Part shown: piece by piece, positions 10,845 to 19,600 of the stretch | Numbering within the stretch: the first letter of the stretch is position 1 | How the letters are laid out: every line of letters begins with the position of its first letter | Virus record (IMG/VR): IMGVR_UViG_3300005323_000042 | Location: 1-64,000 of that record | Reading direction: 5' to 3' (one strand) | DNA: 64,000 nucleotides | Source of the DNA: a virus | Lineage: Duplodnaviria; Caudoviricetes | The notes under the pieces: generated by a model | The model's database searches: none | Seen by the model: only the letters and a program-made list of their open reading frames with translations | What the model was told of the DNA's origin: nothing | Made by a program: the position numbers and the translations under genes

Positions 10845-10869
10845 AAATGACGACGTTCCGTCGTCATTT
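10845..10869 (-). terminator. Probable intrinsic terminator
   Basis: Perfect 11-bp inverted repeat AAATGACGACG-ttc-CGTCGTCATTT overlapping the stop of 10868..11242; followed on the minus strand by GGTTCTTCT. Confidence 0.55.
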
Positions 10870-11242
10870 ATACCTTTTCATCTGTAACAATGAACTTTTT
10901 AATTAATTCAAGTTCATCGGAATTGATTGTACTCTTATTAAAATCTTGAAGTTTAAATTTTACATCGGGTACTTCGGTTTCTTCATTTATAAGTGTAAGA
11001 AACTCTTTCTGGAAATCAGCAAGGTTTTCAGGTCTTACTATAGTCTCGTTCTTTGCTTCATTGGATTCACCATACTTAAAGACAAGTTCCTGACGCATTG
11101 TTTCAAGTTCCTGAGCTTTTGGCTGGAGAACTGTATTAACTTCACGGATCTTCCATTTTGTACTTATGTCAAGATCTCTTTCTTTGCCAAGCATTGAAAA
11201 AATAGAAGACATATTTAATACTTCACTAAGTAGTACTTTCAT
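10868..11242 (-). CDS. Small helical phage protein, DUF1617-like (124 aa)
   Basis: Pattern KWKI...ELETMRQELVFKYG...LADFQKEFLTLINEE typical of this fibre-adjacent phage family. Confidence 0.5.
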   Translation of the reverse strand: MKVLLSEVLNMSSIFSMLGKERDLDISTKWKIREVNTVLQPKAQELETMRQELVFKYGESNEAKNETIVRPENLADFQKEFLTLINEETEVPDVKFKLQDFNKSTINSDELELIKKFIVTDEKV

Positions 11243-11263
11243 AATAACCCTTTCCTTTTATTG

Positions 11264-11692
11264 TTATAATTGTTCGTAATTTTGAATTGTTATTGTTGGT
11301 ATGACTTTTAATTGTTGTCCTGTAGATGAAACCATAAATGAAGAATCAAGTACGTCCGCCCACAGGATCTTTTCGGTGCCGTCATTGGTTGTTATGTAAT
11401 AACCATAAACAACCGTGTCGCCTGATGTACTATTGTATGTAAACGTAAATGTAGATTGTATATTTGTTGCCGTTATTGTTCCGTCAACAGAAGCTACTGT
11501 CCATCCAGCTCTCGGAATAATAAGCGCAGTATAACCATGAGTGGTCATTTCGGTAAAATCACTAAGGACACTTGTATCTGATGGAGTAATATTATTTACA
11601 AAGAGATGTAGCGCTTGTGCATTCGGGGCTGCATCCTTTAAAGCCATTTCAAGAAATTTCATTTTGCCGCTGTTCGGCATTATAAGTGACAT
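11264..11692 (-). CDS. Conserved phage virion structural protein (142 aa)
   Basis: LHLFVNNITP...DFTE...GY...W...FTF...VYGYYI pattern common in phage tail regions; CAGGAGTCTACA SD-like leader. Confidence 0.55.
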   Translation of the reverse strand: MSLIMPNSGKMKFLEMALKDAAPNAQALHLFVNNITPSDTSVLSDFTEMTTHGYTALIIPRAGWTVASVDGTITATNIQSTFTFTYNSTSGDTVVYGYYITTNDGTEKILWADVLDSSFMVSSTGQQLKVIPTITIQNYEQL

Positions 11693-11720
11693 TTATGTAG
11701 ACTCCTGTTTAATTCGGTAA

Positions 11721-14180
11721 TTATTTGTTCCATTTACTTGGAAACTGATTTTCAATCTCTTCAAGTATTATCTGTGCATACGAAGAAACGCCGCCAGTTG
11801 GAAAACCTTCTGTCTCAACGTCGTTTAATGATGAAAGTATAACCGGGGACATTCTGAGAATTATATCGCGCTTACATACACTGTATGATATTTTGTTTTC
11901 GTATGACAGGGGAATATTGGTTATAATTGTGTTGTCATATACCGTAAACTGATTTTTGCCGGACTCAAACAAATCCTGTCTGTTTACATATTCGAAGTCA
12001 GTGATATCTATTGAGCTGACAAGAAGATATTCATTGTAATTAATTTTTAACTGTACCTTCTGAACACCGTCAACGGCAAGATATTTTATAGTGCGTTTAT
12101 TTGTACTGTCCAGTAAAGATCTTGCAGGATAATTGAGAATACTATTGTCAGCTATTAATGTTACTGTAAAACCATTTTCTTCAAACCATGTCTTGACATG
12201 GTTAAGAGTTGCAAGTTCGAATAAACCGATAGTTGATTCTATATCATCAAATTTCAGTGTCAGTCTTGATGTAGAGATTCTTATTTCATATTGTGAATCA
12301 CGTTTGATATGAAATACATCTTCGACTTTCAGACCACTCTCGACAGTAATGGCATTAATGAGCCCGTTTCTCGTCGAATCAAAACGGTTACCGAAACAAT
12401 ATTTCAGCCGCTTTATATAATCATGATTTTTTTCACCGGTAAACCGCGGTAAGGAGTGGATAGCACCAATCTGATCAAGTTCATTCAACGCATTAAAAGC
12501 ATTCGGAACCACACTACTGCCGCCGTTGATTCTTATGGCATTATATTTTTCAGCAAATATAATCAGACCGGTATTGCTGTCGGTGATATAAGTATCGTTT
12601 CTGAATATTGTTTTTATTTTATTAAGTCCAACATTAATACAAAGCAAACCGTCGTGATCAAAATACATCTGACCGGCAGAACAATCTTCAGACAACGGCA
12701 ACTGGAATAAAGGGTATTTGCGCTGGCTGTCAACTATGAATGTATCTGTTTCAATCGATTCACCATTTATAAGAAGATCAAGTCTTACAATAAAATCCTG
12801 GTCAAATAACTCATTTTCCAGTGCATATTCTATTATCGGAGTGTAAAAACCGTAAGTATTTTTTAATGTATAATCTGTCCAGTAATTATTGTCGCTGAAA
12901 TTGCGCCAGTCATTATTTTTTGTTTCAGAATCACCATGATTATTATTTGCAACACTCGGCTCATGACAGTACAGGATACTGCCGTCTGTCTTCATAATAA
13001 TGAAACGATACTTGCTGATAAACTTATTCGTCTGTATACGATTGTATTCGCCTGTAATGGTAATCTTACCGGCATCAATCATAACATCGAGATTGACAAG
13101 TGGATCAGGAGTGCGTAGTTCCGTCGTCAGTTTTGCCAATGGCGAATATGTTTGCCATTTATTATAGGCAATCAGATAATTATCCGTTAATACATACAGT
13201 AAATTTTTATCAGCAGCAGGAAGAAAAGAATCGATATCAGTTAATTTTATAAAATCATTTTCAGTATCATCAAAAACCATTAAATCACTATGAGTAGAAA
13301 TTTCAATGTCTTTTACACCGGAATAATAATCGAGTATATCTTTAGATGTATATTCTTTCTGAAGTAGACGTTTGTTGTCTATGTCCCATTGCCAAAATAT
13401 AGATTTTGTTATGCCATCGTTATTCTGCAAGGAATAGGAATCATCTCCCTGCATCTGCGTCTTAGCAACTGTTCCGGTTGTAATCGTAAGAGAGAATTTT
13501 GCCGGCAGATCAAATGCTTCTGTCTCAAGTTTATCAATCTTTCTCCAGGGGATACTGCTCCTTACAAATCCCGGAAGATAAAATATCAGATCTTCTTTCT
13601 GTTGTATTCCATATATATCAATACCACTGATTATAATATGTGTACCGGCAATATCTTCACCAATACTGTTATTAATAAATACAGTGTCACTGTCGGCATC
13701 AAGTTTCAGACATATAGTGCATGGTTCAATAAACAACTTGTCAAGAATAATTGTTTTATTTAATGGAGAATTCTGTAACAGGTATTCCTGGTCAAGTGTT
13801 ACGTTTTCAATAATATTGATACCGGTAGGAAGAGAATTATACCACCAACTTTCATAGTCGTTATGGCTGCTGGCACTTACTGGAATCCATGTTGATCCGT
13901 CATAATATTCAACCGAATTTACATTCGTCGGTTTGGCGACAGTATAACATACGTCTATTGTGTCAAGGAGAAATGTTGACGGAAATCTGTTTTTGGAATG
14001 CCTGTATAAAACATATCCTAACTGATCGATCTGTGATGAAAATCCATTGAGTAGTTGCTGGTATACTGAATATTTGTAGTTTCTGCCAAGTTGATATTTC
14101 GATAACTGATTGGCAGCTATTTTTGTTGTCGGACTATAAAGATAGTCCTGTCTGGTCTCTATATATTTCGAAATTGCCAT
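11721..14180 (-). CDS. Baseplate wedge-type protein (819 aa)
   Basis: Directly downstream of baseplate J; contains LDQIGAIHSLPRFTGEKNHDYIKRL, the wedge-type LD.G...L.R...E....Y..RL motif. Confidence 0.6.
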   Translation of the reverse strand: MAISKYIETRQDYLYSPTTKIAANQLSKYQLGRNYKYSVYQQLLNGFSSQIDQLGYVLYRHSKNRFPSTFLLDTIDVCYTVAKPTNVNSVEYYDGSTWIPVSASSHNDYESWWYNSLPTGINIIENVTLDQEYLLQNSPLNKTIILDKLFIEPCTICLKLDADSDTVFINNSIGEDIAGTHIIISGIDIYGIQQKEDLIFYLPGFVRSSIPWRKIDKLETEAFDLPAKFSLTITTGTVAKTQMQGDDSYSLQNNDGITKSIFWQWDIDNKRLLQKEYTSKDILDYYSGVKDIEISTHSDLMVFDDTENDFIKLTDIDSFLPAADKNLLYVLTDNYLIAYNKWQTYSPLAKLTTELRTPDPLVNLDVMIDAGKITITGEYNRIQTNKFISKYRFIIMKTDGSILYCHEPSVANNNHGDSETKNNDWRNFSDNNYWTDYTLKNTYGFYTPIIEYALENELFDQDFIVRLDLLINGESIETDTFIVDSQRKYPLFQLPLSEDCSAGQMYFDHDGLLCINVGLNKIKTIFRNDTYITDSNTGLIIFAEKYNAIRINGGSSVVPNAFNALNELDQIGAIHSLPRFTGEKNHDYIKRLKYCFGNRFDSTRNGLINAITVESGLKVEDVFHIKRDSQYEIRISTSRLTLKFDDIESTIGLFELATLNHVKTWFEENGFTVTLIADNSILNYPARSLLDSTNKRTIKYLAVDGVQKVQLKINYNEYLLVSSIDITDFEYVNRQDLFESGKNQFTVYDNTIITNIPLSYENKISYSVCKRDIILRMSPVILSSLNDVETEGFPTGGVSSYAQIILEEIENQFPSKWNK

Positions 14181-15352
14181 TAATTAAACTGAACTCCATT
14201 GATATCTGATATAATAAGTTTACAGAAAACAGAAGGAGTATAATCTGTAATGACTTCTTCCTTTATGGAATAATCCAAAACAGGTTTATATATATATGCG
14301 GCAATGTCTATACTTTTAATCTTTGAGTGTAATCCTGTAAGAACTGTAAGAAGATCTTCAACATAATAAGGTTCCTCTATATCAAGATTATTAACATAGT
14401 CTGCAGTATTAGCTGTAATTAAAGATTCCGCAAGGACAATATCATCGTCTGTTGTACCTGATTTATAGGTTACTGTGAAAACAAAAACCATCTTAATATA
14501 TGTTGGGGCCATTGCGGTTACTTTGCTGCCGGCAGCTTTTATATTATTTATTGCTGCCTGAACTTCATCAAGCAACCCACTTGATACTACAGGAGTAGTT
14601 GATTTTATTATTACTCTAGCTGTACCGATACCCGCGTATTTGTCGGTGATAAGTACATCTGCAACGCCGGGCACATTAAAACAGGCAAGGCGGATTGCAG
14701 TTTCATTGGCTGCGGCTCCATGTAGTTTTGCATTAATAATCCTATATCTGAAATTATCATCAGTTTCTTCATCACTTCCATTATCGATAGAATCGACATT
14801 GGTTACAAATAAACTATAACTGGCGGTTGGAGAGTAATTGCTGAACTCAAAAAATCTTAAAGTGCCCGCTTGAACATTTGATGATGATCCTGACGAAACA
14901 GCCTTTACATTTACATATGCAGATGTGTCATTTTTTGGTAGAGTACTGTCAGCAATAACTGAATAATATATTTTATCTTCGCCTCTTTGCGCCCATACAC
15001 GCGTACCAGTTGGTATAACAATATCAACATTATTATTTATTGCACCAAAACTTGATGCATTCGTATAAAATTTCACTGCAGAAGAGTGAGATGATGCCAC
15101 TGTCGCGGCTATTCTTTCAAGACCGAAAATATCTCCGAGATAATCGAGATACTTTCCATATGCCCCATATATAAATCCAACCACAGTATTATAATCAAAG
15201 ACAGTATAAGCCTCTGATAACTGGTTTTTAAAGATTTCCAAAAGCGTTCTGAACTTTGAACCAGGACCGGTAGAGTTAATGACAGTGTTTGACTGCATGT
15301 AATCGATAGATTCTGATATTATCTGATTTGGATCTTTTGCAAACAAGGCCAT
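14180..15352 (-). CDS. Baseplate J-like wedge protein (390 aa)
   Basis: YLDYLGDIFGLER, IPTGTRV, VNVKAVSSGSSSNV, NGSDEETDDNFRYRI motifs of the gpJ/gp6 family. Confidence 0.9.
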   Translation of the reverse strand: MALFAKDPNQIISESIDYMQSNTVINSTGPGSKFRTLLEIFKNQLSEAYTVFDYNTVVGFIYGAYGKYLDYLGDIFGLERIAATVASSHSSAVKFYTNASSFGAINNNVDIVIPTGTRVWAQRGEDKIYYSVIADSTLPKNDTSAYVNVKAVSSGSSSNVQAGTLRFFEFSNYSPTASYSLFVTNVDSIDNGSDEETDDNFRYRIINAKLHGAAANETAIRLACFNVPGVADVLITDKYAGIGTARVIIKSTTPVVSSGLLDEVQAAINNIKAAGSKVTAMAPTYIKMVFVFTVTYKSGTTDDDIVLAESLITANTADYVNNLDIEEPYYVEDLLTVLTGLHSKIKSIDIAAYIYKPVLDYSIKEEVITDYTPSVFCKLIISDINGVQFN

Positions 15353-15353
15353 C

Positions 15354-15851
15354 TTATCTTATCCTTGAATTTTTAGTTGGTGAAATATTTTTCTTGATTG
15401 TTACAGGAACGGCATTTGTTGATGCATCATTAAACACAAGAGAACGTATTTTGTTATGCTGTGTGTCATATGAAAGTATAAAATCACTTGTAACGCCATT
15501 GGTAGTGGTTACGTTAACTTTAAAGGCAATACTCTGTTTGCCGAGTGGAAAAGATTCCACATCAACTTCAGAGGAATAAAGAACAGTATTGTTAACTATT
15601 GCTGTTCGTATCGCCTTGGCAATTTCAAGTCCTGTTTCTCTGGTATTTACGTTCCCCTCATATAAATCTGTATTAAATCCCATGGTCGGCCATAATCCGC
15701 ATTCACCGGGTTTCGTATTAAGTACGGTTCTTATAACCTGGTAAATTGCTCCCGAATAATCATCAAGTGTATCAGCAATGTCGCCGTTGGCAACGATCAA
15801 ATCTCCTTCAAAAGACTCCTGAAGATCTATGAATTTTCTTAACTCACTCAT
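15354..15851 (-). CDS. gp25-like baseplate/sheath-initiator protein (165 aa)
   Basis: GDLIVANGDI...IRTVLNTKPGECGLWPTMG...EIAKAIRTAI pattern; immediately upstream of gpJ. Confidence 0.75.
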   Translation of the reverse strand: MSELRKFIDLQESFEGDLIVANGDIADTLDDYSGAIYQVIRTVLNTKPGECGLWPTMGFNTDLYEGNVNTRETGLEIAKAIRTAIVNNTVLYSSEVDVESFPLGKQSIAFKVNVTTTNGVTSDFILSYDTQHNKIRSLVFNDASTNAVPVTIKKNISPTKNSRIR

Positions 15852-16345
15852 TAAATTAATTCCTTAAGCATATCGGTAAAATCAGATTGTAACTTTGCAA
15901 TAAATACAAGCATATCTTTAACCGGCATATCAATTACAAGAGTGGACAAGGGGGTAATGATTGTTGAAGGCATTGTTGATGTCATCAATCCGTTTAATCT
16001 GTATACACCGCCAATTCTTATATTTTCCGGATGATCGGTAAAGGTTGTAGGTCCAACTATAAAATTGCCATACTTCTCAGTAGATAGCATTCTGTTCTTG
16101 GCTGAACCAAATATGCCGGCAGAAGTTGACGAAACTTTTACTGACGATACGGCAAACTGATCGGCTTTCAGTATTTTATATGAGAATTCATTGTAATCAA
16201 TGGTACCAACTGCCAAAAGACTCTTTTCCTGTGAGTCATCAGTAATGCCGCCAATAAGATTACCATCCTTATCAGTAATCTTTATATAAATGGTGCCATC
16301 TTCCAGTACAAGAACATCATGTACCTTTCCGTATAAAGTTTTCAT
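15851..16345 (-). CDS. Hypothetical baseplate/spike-region protein (164 aa)
   Basis: ORF between hub and gp25-like gene, stop/start overlaps on both sides. Confidence 0.5.
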   Translation of the reverse strand: MKTLYGKVHDVLVLEDGTIYIKITDKDGNLIGGITDDSQEKSLLAVGTIDYNEFSYKILKADQFAVSSVKVSSTSAGIFGSAKNRMLSTEKYGNFIVGPTTFTDHPENIRIGGVYRLNGLMTSTMPSTIITPLSTLVIDMPVKDMLVFIAKLQSDFTDMLKELI

Positions 16346-16578
16346 TAATCCGAACCAAATTGAGATGAATATATTAACGTCGCCCCATATTCAGGACAAG
16401 CAAACGACTTTCTAGTATTCTGGTTAAGACTACCCGTCCGGTGCGCAGTACCATTAACGGGTATAGAGTTGTCAGGATAATCTATTCTGATTTCATCACC
16501 CACAACCGGAAGACCGAGTATCATTATATCATTTGGGTTCTCTTCAAGCAGTATCCAGACGCCTTCTTGTTTTGTCAT
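16345..16578 (-). CDS. Small spike-associated OB-fold-like protein (~77 aa; start probably 16578 rather than 16743)
   Basis: LGLPVVGDEIRIDY resembles the LP.VGD.V.V motif of gpV/gp5 N-terminal OB folds; the longer start overlaps the hub gene by 89 nt. Confidence 0.4.
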   Translation of the reverse strand: MTKQEGVWILLEENPNDIMILGLPVVGDEIRIDYPDNSIPVNGTAHRTGSLNQNTRKSFACPEYGATLIYSSQFGSD

Positions 16579-16654
16579 ATTATTTCTTAATTTTTTATAT
16601 ATAATAAAGCGACAGGGATATATCACATCAATAGCGAAGATTGTCAAATCGATT

Positions 16655-19600
16655 TTACGTTTCGAAAAGTTCTTTGATTGCACTGCCAAATACAGTTGTG
16701 AAGTTATTAAACCCATCATTGAATACTTTAAATTCATTTTCAACCCACTGAATCAATCCGCCAGTTTTATAAGTATTCATTCCCATAATAAAAGGAACAC
16801 CATGTCTGATGACTGGCTGCAGATAAATCGGCTCACGGTTCTTTGCAAGTTGTAATACCTTTGAAGCCAATTGCATCCATAAAATACTTGTTGCAGCTAC
16901 GACAGCAATACCACCTATAGAGAGGGGAGCTGCCGCGGTAAATACAGAACCCAATCCGGTTAAAAGATGAGCGGCACTTGCGGCACTTGCTGTATAACCG
17001 GCAACCGGAAGGATCCCGCCTACAGAACGTTCCAGCAGATCCTGACCCCTATCCCCGGCAAACATTGACATTAAAGCATCAAGATTGGTCATACTTACAA
17101 GGTCACTTACAGTTGAAACCATAGACGGTTCAACACTTGAAATAAAACCTTCACTCGGGGTCATTGAAATAATATGTGTTCTTACTTCGACTGGACCGTA
17201 TGTGTCTGTCTGATCGTCTGAAATAATCATATAATCGTACGGTTTCATCGATGGTTCGCCAAGGGTATCAATCTGTCCTTTATAAAGTTTTTTAGACTGT
17301 CTCCATAGTTCAGCTGCACCGTAGCGGTATGCACCCGTTAGACCGCCCTCATTAATACAATTAGGAAACTCAATACTTGTAGTCCTGATATCTTCTTCCT
17401 GCAGAAAATCGTTCATTTTACATTCTACAACACTGGCAAACCATGCTCCCGATGACCAGTCTTTTCTTTCGTCTTTATCATCTTTGCTATTTGTAGAATA
17501 ACTTACAGCAATATTTGTATAGACATCACGGTAATCAGCGCGCATGTTGTTACTGATAAGATTCGTTTCTGATGTGACTTGAAAATAATTTCTGAAACTA
17601 CGAAGTGTATTTAATCTTGGAGTTTCTGCGGCTTCCACTATCTCTTCAGCTCTTAATAATTTATCTCTGTTTGTATTGTATTTCTGCAAATTATTCACTG
17701 CCATACTGCTGAAAGTATTGCTAATACTATTTAAAGGAGAATACAGATTCAAACTGTAATCGGTTGCCTGCGCAAGATATTGATATCCATTTTTAGCATA
17801 ATCAGTATATGCTTCAACTATACGTCTTGCGGCTTCTACCTTTGGGTTGTTAAGCGACTCACGCAACTTGAACATTTCATTCGCAGTTACCGACCGGCAG
17901 AAATAAGGACTATCTGGAGGACCAAAGAATAGTGTATTTCTCATATCAAACGGAAGTACTTTTGCAACATATCCAGGATACCTGTATGTCATTTCCTGAA
18001 TCATATCCCAGCATGTCAGTCTGTATATCATATAAGTCAGATTCACTCCATTGTATATTTCACCCAATGGATTTTTGATAAACGACCAGATAGTGCTTAA
18101 GGGACTTTCAACAAGTTTATTTAATTCTGTATATATGCCTTCAAGGTTTGATTCATTCGGGGCCATAATATTAAGATCACCCTCGTTCTTTGCCCATGTC
18201 CAGACTAATTGTTTTCTTCCATCAGGTCGTATCTTTGAATAATAACCAAGGAGATTCACACCGGAAGTACCTTCGCTGAATTGCAGGTTGGATGCATTAT
18301 TAAGTTTCCATCTGCCGAAATGCATTATCTCCGGTTGTGTAATACACCAGTTTATTATTTCTTTTGTCTCTGCATTAAGAGTTGTTATATCATCGGGTTC
18401 CTCTTTCATCTTGATATCGTAAACAAGTTCAGCACCAAAACTCTGACAAATCATTTCAAACTCATGATTATGCCCATCGATTGCTGTTACTTGGCCATTG
18501 AACACGGTATTCAGTTCGTTAATATTATTACTATAACCCATACGGCACTGTATTGTCGTACCTTCTTGTAGCATGATGCCACGTAACGGATTTTCAAGTT
18601 CAGTATCGCGTACGACAGTATCTTTATTCTCTGTGTTCGGTGTAGGCTTATACCGTGCAGAAGTAAATTTTCCGGTCAGATCTATAAACCTTATTGTAAT
18701 TACATCAATAGGCTGATCGCTATGTTGTACCAGTCTGATTTCCTGTATTGCATTAAGACCAAACATTTCATTGAGATCCTGTTGCCGTAACGGATAAAGC
18801 TTTTCGGTTGTATCTTCTTCGATAATATAGATTTTATAAACAGGAAAACATCTTGTCATGTCGAACATTCGTTCAACAGAGGAATTTGCAGCAGCTCTGC
18901 GTTTAAACAGAGTTGAGACAAAAGTGTCATCTTCAGAATATGAAAGATAGTTTTCCGACTGACCATTTTTAAACATCTGTACGTTTATGGAATTCTCAAT
19001 TCGTCTATCACTACTGTCCGCAAGATTGGGATATATATTATTGACCTGAAATTTTTTATTCAGTGCCGTGGACTTATTTGCTACAGTCTGGGAAATTTCA
19101 TGTGTAAGATTATGTGCAGTCTTTGATGTATACGGTGTACTGCCATTGTTATCGACATAGAACTTCATAGAATCTACACTACTGTCGTTGCCGATAAGTG
19201 CTTTGATTATGTTGTCGTTATTGGTAGAATAACTATATGTACTTAACTGTTTTGTATACTGCTGAAAACGTTCAACTATTTTTTCTACTTCTTTTTTATG
19301 GCGTAGTTCTTTTTTCTGATTGCTATAGGAGTCAAAATATTTACGTGGCTGATAAAAATAATAATCCGGAGTAATTGTCGGAGGCAACTGAAAATCCATA
19401 TATGCCGACTGTTTGATCGTTCCGATCTCAGCTTTGATTTCTGCAGGATATAATTTCTGAATAGACGGAAAATATTTATAAAGTATTTCTGAATATTTTG
19501 AAACCCATAATTTCAAAACTTCATACAATTGCATACCTGTTTTATTATCGTTGATTACTTTCTGCACATCGGCATTAAGATGTATGTTTATTCCATAAAC